Below are positions 1 through 9,360 of a stretch of 64,000 nucleotides of DNA, in pieces. Every line of letters starts with the position of its first letter. The stretch's first letter is position 1. The notes beneath the pieces were generated by a model, which was not told the origin of the DNA, did no database searches, and was given only the letters and a program-made list of their open reading frames with translations. Location of the stretch: assembly GCA_002839435.1 (NCBI GenBank), contig PGYA01000001.1, forward strand, positions 74,538 through 138,537. The letters are read 5' to 3'. Made by a program: the position numbers and the translations under genes. Source of the DNA: Candidatus Riflebacteria bacterium HGW-Riflebacteria-2. GTDB taxonomy: Bacteria > Muiribacteriota > Ozemobacteria > Ozemobacterales > Ozemobacteraceae.

Positions 1-815
1 TCGAAGAAGTCACTAACAAAGACCTTCTACTGGTCAGTCGCATGCTTAAAATCGCTAACAGTTCGACTCTTGGCAACCGTATGAAAATTGACGACCTCAA
101 AACAGTCGTTAAATTTCTGGGGATTGAAGGTATTCGCCAGATACTCATTCAGGAAACCTTCAACACACTTGCCCGTGAATTCGCCAGGGTTAACGACAAA
201 ATCTCCCACATGCGGCGCTGCTCTGCCCTGTCTGCCCATGTCGGCAAGTTGATTGGGGCTGATCTGGCACTGATCGGCAAAATCAAGGCAGCCGGGTTGA
301 TGCATGACATCGGAGCACTGGCATTGTCTTTTCATGGTGCCGCAGAATATATCGGAATACAAAGAAGGGTTCGATCAGAACGTCTGGCTGTTTGCGAAGC
401 CGAAAAAGACGCGTTTGGCTTCGATCATCAGGAAATCGGCGAGCGCCTCGCGAAAGAAATGTCATTACCGGCTTACATTACCAATGCCGTTGGTAATCAC
501 CACAATGTTGATTTCGAGCAACACGATCTTGTTTCGATGTCAGTAATGGTCGCCAATGGCTTTCTTAATGAACAGATCGAGCAGGTCAGCGCCACCGACT
601 ACGAAAAATTCATGCCGGCTCTATCAGAGGAACGTGAAAAAAACATGCGGCTGCATCCGCAAAAAAAGCCGGCAAAACCGGTCGAAACTGTCGATAATGA
701 AGATGGCGACGGCGAAGAACCGGCCCAGGATCTGTTCAGTTCAGCGAGAGTATGTGCGCTGCTCAAGGAAGAACTCGACAATATCATCATGGCTTCGCAA
801 TCCGGAGAAATATAA
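1..815 (+). CDS. HDOD-domain signalling protein, 5'-truncated by the window edge. The reading frame is open back to nt 3 and the track ORF starts at the internal Met at 42.
   Basis: The frame is open from the window start. The sequence '...RMLKIANSSTLGNRMKIDDLKTVVKFLGIEGIRQILIQETF...LMHDIGALAL...FGFDHQEIGERLAKEMSLP' is collinear with the HDOD region of the next gene. The C-terminal tail is acidic. Confidence 0.75.
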   Translation, partial: EEVTNKDLLLVSRMLKIANSSTLGNRMKIDDLKTVVKFLGIEGIRQILIQETFNTLAREFARVNDKISHMRRCSALSAHVGKLIGADLALIGKIKAAGLMHDIGALALSFHGAAEYIGIQRRVRSERLAVCEAEKDAFGFDHQEIGERLAKEMSLPAYITNAVGNHHNVDFEQHDLVSMSVMVANGFLNEQIEQVSATDYEKFMPALSEEREKNMRLHPQKKPAKPVETVDNEDGDGEEPAQDLFSSARVCALLKEELDNIIMASQSGEI

Positions 816-854
816 AAAGAACTGACAGCAGCTATTGTTGCCGGAGACAAAATT

Positions 855-2096
855 ATGGCAGAACAATATCATTTTCAAATTGTGAACCATGGCGACAATG
901 TCTTCGAAATGATCGTCGGTGACGTTATAAAACCAGACCATCAAGTAGCCGAAGCCCTCGGCATACTGCTCAAAAAATGCGATTTCGTCATTCTTTCACT
1001 CAAGAAAGACGCGGTTTTGCACGCGAGTTTCACCGAAAAAATGGCTGAGCTGTCAGCTGGCGGTCGCCTTCTGGTAGTGGCGCAGGAAGACGAACAGATT
1101 CAGGTAAACCTGCATCCGACAAAAAAATTCCATGAACTACAGGCTGCGCAAAACCGTGTTATCGGCGAGCGCAATCTTGAAAGAATACTCAAAAACATCG
1201 AGACCCTGCCGCTGATGCAGTCTTCTGCCAATAAACTGCTCAATATGCTACGCGACCCTGAAGTAACCTTTGAAAACATCGAAGAAGTAACCAGTAAAGA
1301 CCCAAAGCTGGTCATGCGCATGCTCAAAATTGCCAACAGTGCTGTGTTCATGCGCCGCATGCCGTTCGAGAATCTCAAGGCAGTGGTTACCTATCTCGGT
1401 CTTGATGGCATCAGAGAAATTATTCTACAGGAAACCTTCGACGGTTTTGCCAAAGTTTTCGCCAATCAACGCGAAAAACTTGCACACATGCGTCGCTGCG
1501 CGCATCTTGCCACCTGGATCGGCAAGCTCATCGGTGCTGACATAAATCTTCTCAGCCGCATGAATTCAGCCGGTCTGCTACATGACATCGGAGCACTCGC
1601 TCTCTGTTTCCACGACAGCCAGGAATACGCGCGTGCAACCATGAAGGTGCGCAACGACAAAAAGTCAGTATGCGAAGCCGAAATAGAGGTCTTTGGCATC
1701 GACCACCAGGAGCTCGGCATGCTGATGGCACAAAAAATCGGCATGCCTGACTATCTCTGGCCGGCCATGGCCCGCCATCATGACCGCGACGCGCCAGCAG
1801 GCGACCTGCTGCTGCCGTCGGTTATAACCGCAAACGGTTATCTCAACCAGTTCATCGAAAACCTGCCTTTTACACCATACGAGCCCTATCTGGCAGTTCT
1901 GGCCGAGAAGCGACGCAAAAAGGAAGCGGGCGGCAGGGTTCTTGCCAAACCCACGCATACCACTGCCCAGAATGCGGTTAACAGCCTTATCAATGGTAAC
2001 GACGGTGAAGTTTTCAAGATTCCGTACGTTTACGAGATTCTCAAAGCAGAACTAGACCGCTTTATGCTCGCCGGCACCGAAGCCCAGGGCATGTAA
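855..2096 (+). CDS. HDOD-domain protein with a ~130-aa N-terminal domain of unknown function; tandem paralogue of the upstream gene
   Basis: There is a GGAGA RBS 8 nt upstream of the ATG. HDOD motifs 'KDPKLVMRMLKIANSAVFMRRMPFENLKAVVTYLGLDGIREIILQETF', 'AGLLHDIGALALCF' and 'FGIDHQELGMLMAQKIGMPDYLW' are present. Confidence 0.8.
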   Translation: MAEQYHFQIVNHGDNVFEMIVGDVIKPDHQVAEALGILLKKCDFVILSLKKDAVLHASFTEKMAELSAGGRLLVVAQEDEQIQVNLHPTKKFHELQAAQNRVIGERNLERILKNIETLPLMQSSANKLLNMLRDPEVTFENIEEVTSKDPKLVMRMLKIANSAVFMRRMPFENLKAVVTYLGLDGIREIILQETFDGFAKVFANQREKLAHMRRCAHLATWIGKLIGADINLLSRMNSAGLLHDIGALALCFHDSQEYARATMKVRNDKKSVCEAEIEVFGIDHQELGMLMAQKIGMPDYLWPAMARHHDRDAPAGDLLLPSVITANGYLNQFIENLPFTPYEPYLAVLAEKRRKKEAGGRVLAKPTHTTAQNAVNSLINGNDGEVFKIPYVYEILKAELDRFMLAGTEAQGM

Positions 2097-2099
2097 ACG

Positions 2100-2135
2100 C
2101 AAGATGGATTCTGCGACTTCGCGCAGAATGGGGAA
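2100..2135. repeat. second repeat family, 'GCAAGATGGATTCTGCGACTTCGC..GCGCAGAAT', which forms a hairpin
   Basis: A 24-nt identity is shared with 48655-48678. It contains an 'attctgcg...cgcagaat' inverted repeat. Confidence 0.6.
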
Positions 2136-2230
2136 AGCTGAAATATTCTGCTGGTTCTGGACAAAAACAGGTGTACCGGTTATCTTTATGGTAGAGGGAT
2201 CTAATAAAGATAAACGCATGGAGGCGTACT

Positions 2231-2923
2231 ATGGCTATCGGCCCGGTAAACAATCCTTATCTGCAACAGATTCTTTTCCAAAATCTGTCGTCTTCAACCA
2301 TTCAGCCTAATCAGCTCAAAGATTCAACGCAGCTGCTCAATGCAGCCATGAATGCAAAAAACAGCACCGCCAATATTTCTGCTGCTGGCAGCAAAATTAA
2401 CAAGGTCAGCCAGACTATTCGCAGCAGCGGTGACATGCAGGCATTTGAAGGGTTTCAGACGGCGATGCAACGCGCCGGCACTGCGGCAGACCCGATGCAG
2501 ATGACAAGACTCGTAAACAGTGCTTCTTATGCTGCCAACAATGATGCAGCAGCGCTCAACAATTCCTTTGCCGGTCTGGCACGGACCATGGGGCAGAACG
2601 ACAACGCATTTGTAGACAGCTTTAACAAGGCTTTCACCTCAACCGTCGAACAGACAGGCATGTCTGGGCTAAAATCCTTCAACCAGGGTTTTGCCAGCGT
2701 TGAAAAGGCTGATTATTCGAACTCTTCAGTCAGCCTGACCGATAATCTCAAGCAGTATTTTGCCACCGCAAATCAGGCAGTCACTTCCGGCAGGTCAGAA
2801 GAAGATTCGCTTTCCAACATGCAGCGGCTGGCCAAAGGCATTGAAATCAGTGAAAAGGCAGACGACATCTACAAGTTCTTCAATGAGTTTACCGGCGCCG
2901 AACCCACCAAAGGCTTTGCCTGA
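2231..2923 (+). CDS. hypothetical Asn/Ser/Ala/Gln-rich low-complexity protein of 230 aa with no signal peptide or TM segment
   Basis: It is an intact ORF with ~25% N+S+A content and no hydrophobic N-terminus. I recognise no family. Confidence 0.45.
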   Translation: MAIGPVNNPYLQQILFQNLSSSTIQPNQLKDSTQLLNAAMNAKNSTANISAAGSKINKVSQTIRSSGDMQAFEGFQTAMQRAGTAADPMQMTRLVNSASYAANNDAAALNNSFAGLARTMGQNDNAFVDSFNKAFTSTVEQTGMSGLKSFNQGFASVEKADYSNSSVSLTDNLKQYFATANQAVTSGRSEEDSLSNMQRLAKGIEISEKADDIYKFFNEFTGAEPTKGFA

Positions 2924-2958
2924 CCCGACCTTCTCGAGCCAACGCAATTGTCCTGATC

Positions 2959-5715
2959 TCAGTCAGCAAAGACTGCGGCAGAAAGTGGTTCGAGCGTTAT
3001 ACTTTCGGCAGTAAGCGAAAAACCCGTCGGACTGACAATGGCTTCAGTTCCGGCGGTTTTTTCGTCAACCAGAACCTTTTTGCCGGTCAGATCTATGTCA
3101 AGCGTCAGTTTGCGCGCTTTGCTGTCGGCATTGATGAAGATGTAATAAGCTTCACCGCCAGTTGATTGGCAGCTGAAGGCGATAGCCAGATCTTCTTCGA
3201 GAATCTCGGGTGCCTTGATAAGCTGCACATTTTTATCGACAAGTTCTTTGCTGCCGAGCCGGAAGGCGTCAGTCGAACGTCGCAGCGCAATCAATCCGCG
3301 CATATAGCTGCTGGTAACCTGGTTAACTTCATACTTTGCGACATCGGTGGCTTTAGCCCAGTCAAACATGTTTATGGCATCTGATGAATCGTAAGAATCG
3401 TGAATGAAATACGGGTGTTTGAAAGGCTCTCCATCGGTATCGACAAAGACATGAAACTTGTGCTCCGGCGTATTCTGCCCCTTCCACTGTTTGCTGCGGC
3501 CGTATTCCTGGCCGGCATGCAGAAACGCTGTACCCTGCGAAGTCAAAATCAGAAGATTGCCGAGACGAAGCCGGCGATGGATTTCGCGGTCGTTTTCGGC
3601 GATCTCAGGATCTTTTTTGATCGACTGCGCGATAACATCGTAAGCCGGCAGGTTGTCGTGCGCTTCGATATATTGCACCATATCGCCGGGTGCGTCGGCC
3701 GGCGTATTCGAGGGCTGTCCCTTGATATTGTTGAACAGGCCGACAATATTGCGGGGACCGCCGGTCAGAAACATCGGGTCGCCCTCGCAACCGAAACCAG
3801 ACTTGAGTTCGTTGCGCATTTCGTCGCTGAAAACACCGACGCTGTTGGTTCGCGCCATCCAATCCTGGTCGGCGGCCTTGCCGGCGAGCGACGGGTCTTC
3901 AAGATGACCTTTGAAAGTGCGCCAGCCTTCACCGATAAAAAGCGCCTGCGGGTTGATTGCGGCAGCGGCGTCGTATGCTTCCTGAACCGCATCAGAGGTG
4001 GCGTCGCCCATCATATCCCAGCGCATGCCGTCGATACCGTATTCTCTGAACCAGTGCTTAACCGAATCGATCATCAGCTTTTTTGCCATCATGTGGGTAG
4101 TGGCTAGATTGTTGCCGAAATCGCCGACAAAAGTGCCCCTGTTATCGCGGAAGAAGTAATAGTCAGGTACTATGTCGTTCAAAAAGCTGGCCTGCGCCAT
4201 GTGCGTATAAACGACATCGAGAACTACGCCCATGTCGGCCTGATGAATGGCATCGACCAGGTCTTTGAACTCAGCGATGCGCAGCTCGGCATCAGCAGGA
4301 TTCTCAGAGTAAGCGCCGTCGAGCGAAAAATAGTTCTGCGGGTCATAACCCCAGTTGTAATTGTTGTTTTTTGCCGAATAATGCAACTCGCGCTGCCCCA
4401 TCTGCATTTCGTCGCCAAAATACCAGGCCATAACCGGCAAAAGCTGTATATGCGTTACACCAAGTGATTTTATATAGGGCAGCTTTTCGATAAAGGCGCG
4501 GTAGCTTCCCCATCTGTGGCTGAGTTCTTTTTCGATCGACGGGTCAGAAGTGAAGTCTCTGATGTGAACTTCGTAAATTATTGCATCTTCACGCTTCGTG
4601 TAACCATCGATTTTGGCCGGCGACGGCTTCTTGCCAACTACGGCGACATCTACGATCGCCGCCTTGCCGACGAAGTCGCGGCTGCTGCCGCCTGACTGCC
4701 CGGCAGCATCAACTGTAACCGCAGCCATCGAACGGGCATAGGGATCAAGAACTCTTTTGGGCGCCATTCCAGGGTTGCTGACTTCAAACTGGTAGTAGTA
4801 ACCACGTGGGTCAGTCAGCCCTGCTGGAATACCACTGCCAATAGCGGCCGACCAGACACCACGCTCACCGCGCTGCATGTCGAGTCGCCCGATCTCGCGG
4901 TTCTGATCATCGCGGGCGAAAACAATCAATACAACCTTGTGGGCTAGTGGTGCCCACAGCTTCATTGTCGCAGCTCCATCGGCATATCGGCAGCCCAGAT
5001 CGTCGCCAGCATAGGCGTATTGTTCATCGACAAGCTTCCAGTCGAGACCAGCGACCAGGACAGTGTCTGCCCATATAATTTTCAATGGATGCTGAGCAAT
5101 ACTGAAATCAGCCGCCAGCAAAGCCTGCGATGTTTCCTGATCAACAGCACAGGATTTGATTTTTACAGCTGCGCCATTTTTGTCGGTAACCTGAAGTTTT
5201 GCGGCCAAAGCGGCATCATCGAGGCCGGCAAGACTGTTGAACAGCAGTCTGATGTGCCCGGCCGACAGCACGGTCGCCAGCTGTAGATCGTTGTTAATCT
5301 TAAGTTCCGGCGAATTATAGACATTGTCGTCACCTGCCTGAACCCAGACCTGGCCCTGGTTTTCTGTAAGCTTTACCATTTTGCTGCCTCCCTCTTTTTC
5401 GCCCGAAGTCCGGTCAACTATCAAAAACCCCACCTGTTGTGCATCAGAGAGAAGCGCCACATCAAGATATACGCCAGATGAGTCGCTTGCCGTAAAAAGT
5501 GCCGCGCCATGCGGCCAGTCGGTCGAAGGCTCTCTGACTTCATCCCAGAGCCAGACGCCATAGCGCTGATAATCACCATCGACACGCTGGTAATGGATGC
5601 GCAGATGTCCGGGCAGCAGTTCTTCTGACGCCAGGCAGACGTTGCCCGTTCCCATGTGCAGTGTAATCACGAGCAGAACAAAAACCGGCCACACCTGTCT
5701 GGCTTGAAATTTCAT
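2959..5715 (-). CDS. pulA: type I pullulanase (GH13 family), secreted
   Basis: An N-terminal signal peptide 'MKFQARQVWPVFVLLVITLHMGTGNVCLA' is present. The GH13 catalytic regions 'GIDGMRWDMMG', 'YIEAHDN' and 'VVLDVVYTHM' are present, and the 918-aa length fits pullulanases that carry CBM41/CBM48 N-terminal domains. Confidence 0.8.
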   Translation of the reverse strand: MKFQARQVWPVFVLLVITLHMGTGNVCLASEELLPGHLRIHYQRVDGDYQRYGVWLWDEVREPSTDWPHGAALFTASDSSGVYLDVALLSDAQQVGFLIVDRTSGEKEGGSKMVKLTENQGQVWVQAGDDNVYNSPELKINNDLQLATVLSAGHIRLLFNSLAGLDDAALAAKLQVTDKNGAAVKIKSCAVDQETSQALLAADFSIAQHPLKIIWADTVLVAGLDWKLVDEQYAYAGDDLGCRYADGAATMKLWAPLAHKVVLIVFARDDQNREIGRLDMQRGERGVWSAAIGSGIPAGLTDPRGYYYQFEVSNPGMAPKRVLDPYARSMAAVTVDAAGQSGGSSRDFVGKAAIVDVAVVGKKPSPAKIDGYTKREDAIIYEVHIRDFTSDPSIEKELSHRWGSYRAFIEKLPYIKSLGVTHIQLLPVMAWYFGDEMQMGQRELHYSAKNNNYNWGYDPQNYFSLDGAYSENPADAELRIAEFKDLVDAIHQADMGVVLDVVYTHMAQASFLNDIVPDYYFFRDNRGTFVGDFGNNLATTHMMAKKLMIDSVKHWFREYGIDGMRWDMMGDATSDAVQEAYDAAAAINPQALFIGEGWRTFKGHLEDPSLAGKAADQDWMARTNSVGVFSDEMRNELKSGFGCEGDPMFLTGGPRNIVGLFNNIKGQPSNTPADAPGDMVQYIEAHDNLPAYDVIAQSIKKDPEIAENDREIHRRLRLGNLLILTSQGTAFLHAGQEYGRSKQWKGQNTPEHKFHVFVDTDGEPFKHPYFIHDSYDSSDAINMFDWAKATDVAKYEVNQVTSSYMRGLIALRRSTDAFRLGSKELVDKNVQLIKAPEILEEDLAIAFSCQSTGGEAYYIFINADSKARKLTLDIDLTGKKVLVDEKTAGTEAIVSPTGFSLTAESITLEPLSAAVFAD

Positions 5716-5828
5716 CCGGTCACCTCACTGAATAATTATCAGCATGATACAGACAAACAGGCTTTACAGGCAAACAGAGAAATTTAATCAGGGCAAACGT
5801 AAACCTGTCGTGGAATTGACGCCTGTTT

Positions 5829-5880
5829 TAAACCCGTCATTGCGAGGAGTTCTGCGTAGCGGCACGACGAAGCAATGACA
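5829..5880. repeat. short palindromic repeat element (GTCATTGCGAGGAG...CGAAGCAATGAC), the shorter family member
   Basis: The sequence 'gtcattgcgaggagttctgcgtagcggcacgacgaagcaatgac' has perfect 'gtcattgc' / 'gcaatgac' termini. It lies in the pulA/yihY divergent intergenic region. Confidence 0.6.
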
Positions 5881-5944
5881 AATCACTTTCACGCCGTCGG
5901 CAGCATCTGATCATGGAAAAGTAGGAGTTTGCCCTGGGGTATGT

Positions 5945-6886
5945 ATGGCAAAGTTGCGCTGTACTGCAAAACTATGCTATTTAAGCAGGAAGTCAAATGT
6001 ACCAATCGATAATCTGATGCAGAACCTGTGGAAATTCGTAAAACATGTTTTTGGCCGCGTCGTTGAGACCAAAGTCACCGAAGCGGCGGCAGCAATTGCC
6101 TATTATGCAATTCTGTCATTTTTTCCGCTGATTCTTTTTCTGATCGCCTTCAGCTCATCTTTTCTACAGAGCGCTGAAGTGCAGGGGCAGATACTTAAAT
6201 TCGCCGAAGAATACATGCCGGGCTCAGAGTCGCTGGTGGCTGGGAACATTCAGCACCTTATACGAGCCAGTGGCGCCGTCGGCCTGCTCGGAACCGCAAT
6301 GTTGCTGTGGTCGGCAACGCTTGTGTTTGCCGGCTTTGCTCAGAACATCAACAGCGCCTGGACATCGGCCGAAAGTCGGCATTTTCTCATAGACCGGCTG
6401 ATCGGGCTGATGATGATCGGCATTCTCGTGATTTTTCTGATTTTGTCACTTATAACCAATACTCTTCTCGACGTGCTGCCACGCATCTTTCCGACCTATC
6501 TCGAAACTCTGTTTGCTGAAATGACCAGATTCAATCAAATGATGATTGAATACCTGCCGCAGACAACCATTTTTCTGCTGCTGTTAATGCTTTACAAGTA
6601 TATCCCGAATGCTCTCGTGCGCTGGCGCGAATCGCTGGCCGGCACCCTGTTTACCATTTTTGCTCTGCAGCTGACCAAGCATGGTTTTATCTGGTATCTG
6701 TCTTTCGGTACCGACAGCTACAGCCTGGTCTACGGCTCACTTGGGGCCGTCGTCGCCTTTATGCTGTGGATATACCTGTCATCGTGCATTATTCTGATAG
6801 GCGGCCACGTCAGCGCCGCCGTCGCGCTGTTTTTCCGGCCGGTTCGAGAACCGGCAACCAACGGCGACCCCCCGGTCTTTGTCTGA
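5945..6886 (+). CDS. yihY: YihY/BrkB-family inner-membrane protein
   Basis: The family signature 'AAAIAYYAILSFFPLILFLIAF' is present with about 6 predicted TM segments. The true start may instead be the internal Met at about 6018. Confidence 0.7.
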   Translation: MAKLRCTAKLCYLSRKSNVPIDNLMQNLWKFVKHVFGRVVETKVTEAAAAIAYYAILSFFPLILFLIAFSSSFLQSAEVQGQILKFAEEYMPGSESLVAGNIQHLIRASGAVGLLGTAMLLWSATLVFAGFAQNINSAWTSAESRHFLIDRLIGLMMIGILVIFLILSLITNTLLDVLPRIFPTYLETLFAEMTRFNQMMIEYLPQTTIFLLLLMLYKYIPNALVRWRESLAGTLFTIFALQLTKHGFIWYLSFGTDSYSLVYGSLGAVVAFMLWIYLSSCIILIGGHVSAAVALFFRPVREPATNGDPPVFV

Positions 6887-6893
6887 CGTCAGT

Positions 6894-9056
6894 CTACCAC
6901 TTTTCGGCGGGTTTCTTTTCGCTTTTCATGCTTAAAGAGATGCGTTTGCGGGGAATATCGACCTCGAGAACGCGCACTTTAACCTTCTGCTGAACTTTGA
7001 CTACTTCGGCCGGATCTTTGACAAATCTGTCACAAAGCTGACTGATGTGAACGAGGCCATCCTGGTGCACGCCGATATCGACGAAGGCGCCGAACTGTGT
7101 AACATTGGTGACTATGCCAGGCAAAACCATGCCGGGCAACAAGTCTTTGATCTCATTAACGCCTTCGGCAAAAGCAAAAGCCTCGAACTGGTCGCGCGGA
7201 TCAAGACCGGGGCGGGCCAGCTCTTTCATGATATCGCTGAGTGTCGGAATACCGATTTCTTCGCTGACGTAATCTTTGAGTCTGATGCGATTACGCAGTT
7301 CCTGACTTTTGATAATATCGCCAACCGAGCAGCCAAGATCTGCAGCCATTTTTTCGACAATTTTGTAGCTTTCCGGGTGAACGGCGCTGTTGTCGAGTAG
7401 GTTGTCGCTGCTGCGAACACGCAAAAAACCTGCTGCCTGCTCGAAAGCGCGTGGACCGAGACGCGGCACTTTGTTGAGCTGCCGGCGGTTTTTGAATGGA
7501 CCGTTTTCTTCGCGCCAGGCTACGATATTTTTTGCCAGTTGCGGACCAAGGCCGGCGACATAGCTCAATATCTGACGACTGGCAGTGTTTACTTCGACGC
7601 CGACACCGTTAACGCAACTCATTACCACGTCATCGAGCCCCTTTTTAAGTTTGCCCTGCTCGACGTCGTGCTGATACTGCCCGACACCGATGCTTTTGGG
7701 ATCGAGCTTAACCAGTTCAGCCAATGGATCCATAAGTCGGCGGCCGATCGAGACGGCACCACGAACGGTGACATCCTGATCGGGAAATTCCTCGCGGGCA
7801 ACCTCAGAGGCGCTGTATATCGATGCACCGCTTTCATTGACCATTACTACAGAAATACTGGCCGGCAGCTGCAGACCTTTGATGAAAGCCTCGGTTTCAC
7901 GGCTGCCGGTGCCGTTTCCTATGGCTATTGCCTCAATTTTATGTCGCTCAATCAACTTTTTGACCAGCAGCTCCGAAGCCATACGCGCCTTATCAGATTG
8001 CGAGATGAAAATGACATCGTGTTCGAGCAATTTGCCCTGCGGGTCAAGGCAAACTACTTTGCAGCCGGTGCGAAAACCGGGATCAATGGCGAGCACTGAT
8101 TTCTGGCCAAGCGGCGGCGCCATCAGCAATTCACGCAGATTGGCGGCAAATACTCTGATTGCCTCTTCTTCGGCCTTTTCGCGCAGTTGCTTGCGAAACT
8201 CGTTTTCTATAGATGAAGAAAGCAGGCGTTTATATGAATCTTCGACAGCTTCGCGCACCTGCTCCCAGGCCGGGCAGAATGCCTGGCGATAGAAGCGGGT
8301 AATCAGACGACTGGCTTTTTCGGCATCAGGCTGCAGCGAAACTTTCAAAAACCCTTCGTTTTCGCCGCGCAGAATAGCAAGCAGACGGTGCCCGGCAATT
8401 TTTGCGGCCGGTTCCTGCCAGTCAAAATAGTCGCGAAACTTGGCGCCTTCGGCCTCTTTATCCTTAACCACTTTTGACTGCAGCACAGCTTCGACGGCAA
8501 AATGTTCACGTAAAGCAGCGCGGACTTCAGCATTCTCGCTGACCATTTCGGCAATGATGTCGCGTGCACCCTGTAGCGCGTCTTCGACCGACTCCACACC
8601 TTTTTCGGCTGAAACAAAAGCGACGGCGGCGGCGGCTGGATCAAAATCAGCTACCTGCTGCAAAAGCTTCTGAGCCAGTTCTTCCAGACCCTTTTCGCGG
8701 GCAATGGTTGCGCGTGTGCGCTTTTTCGGGCGATAAGGCAGATAAATGTCTTCAAGTTCGCTGATAATGGCGGCCTTGTCGATTCTGGCAGTGAGCTCGT
8801 CGCTGAGGAGGTTGCGCTCGGTCAAAGACTTGACAATGGCATCGCGACGTTTGTCGAATTCGGCAAACTGTTCGAGGCGGTCTCTGACAGTCTGTATCTG
8901 AACCTCATCGAGTGAACCGGTTCTTTCTTTGCGGTAGCGCGCGATAAAAGGCACAGTGCCGCCTTCATCCAGCAGTTGTGCAGTTGATACTACCTGCTGA
9001 GTGTTTATTTTAAGCTCTGCAGCAATACGGACAAACCATTGATCATTCATCAGCAA
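6894..9056 (-). CDS. tex: transcription accessory protein Tex (YqgF/HhH/S1 domains)
   Basis: The N-terminus 'IAAELKINTQQVVSTAQLLDEGGTVPFIARYRKERTGSLDEVQI' is the canonical Tex start. A C-terminal S1 domain and the 720-aa length both fit Tex. Confidence 0.9.
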   Translation of the reverse strand: MLMNDQWFVRIAAELKINTQQVVSTAQLLDEGGTVPFIARYRKERTGSLDEVQIQTVRDRLEQFAEFDKRRDAIVKSLTERNLLSDELTARIDKAAIISELEDIYLPYRPKKRTRATIAREKGLEELAQKLLQQVADFDPAAAAVAFVSAEKGVESVEDALQGARDIIAEMVSENAEVRAALREHFAVEAVLQSKVVKDKEAEGAKFRDYFDWQEPAAKIAGHRLLAILRGENEGFLKVSLQPDAEKASRLITRFYRQAFCPAWEQVREAVEDSYKRLLSSSIENEFRKQLREKAEEEAIRVFAANLRELLMAPPLGQKSVLAIDPGFRTGCKVVCLDPQGKLLEHDVIFISQSDKARMASELLVKKLIERHKIEAIAIGNGTGSRETEAFIKGLQLPASISVVMVNESGASIYSASEVAREEFPDQDVTVRGAVSIGRRLMDPLAELVKLDPKSIGVGQYQHDVEQGKLKKGLDDVVMSCVNGVGVEVNTASRQILSYVAGLGPQLAKNIVAWREENGPFKNRRQLNKVPRLGPRAFEQAAGFLRVRSSDNLLDNSAVHPESYKIVEKMAADLGCSVGDIIKSQELRNRIRLKDYVSEEIGIPTLSDIMKELARPGLDPRDQFEAFAFAEGVNEIKDLLPGMVLPGIVTNVTQFGAFVDIGVHQDGLVHISQLCDRFVKDPAEVVKVQQKVKVRVLEVDIPRKRISLSMKSEKKPAEKW

Positions 9057-9121
9057 ACCTCTAACATCATTTGTAATCGGAGAGGGGGAAGAAAGAGAAA
9101 GAAAACGAGGGAGAAGATTCC

Positions 9122-9175
9122 GAGAACGAGAACGAGAACGATTACGATTACGATTACGATTACGATTACGATTTA
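9122..9175. repeat. perfect hexanucleotide microsatellite, (GAGAAC)x3 followed by (GATTAC)x6, in the tex 5' leader / divergent promoter region
   Basis: Read directly from the sequence as 'gagaacgagaacgagaacgattacgattacgattacgattacgattacgatt'. It is embedded in a purine-rich tract (plus strand) immediately upstream of the tex start codon. Confidence 0.9.
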
Positions 9176-9360
9176 GGATGGCATATCTATATACCCCCCG
9201 GGCGCGATTGTCGTCAACCAGCTATTCGCGGTGAGGAGCTAAAACTGCGTCAATTCGCGACCTTGCAAATTAACAGCAGGAATGAAAAGTTTGCGTTATA
9301 ATCTTTCAAAAATCTGGTATTCTGTATCAGCTGTAAACTAAAAGGCTGAAGTAAAAACGG

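Noticed and set aside
3400-4107. 235-aa plus-strand ORF and several 60-90-aa ORFs overlapping pulA
   Set aside because: They lie entirely inside the well-supported minus-strand pullulanase gene, on the opposite strand or out of frame. They have no RBS or domain signal, so they are shadow ORFs typical of GC-rich coding DNA.
9118-9180. Possible CRISPR-like array suggested by the short tandem repeats
   Set aside because: The units are 6 nt, contiguous and without spacers. This is a microsatellite, not a CRISPR array, and there are no cas genes in the window.
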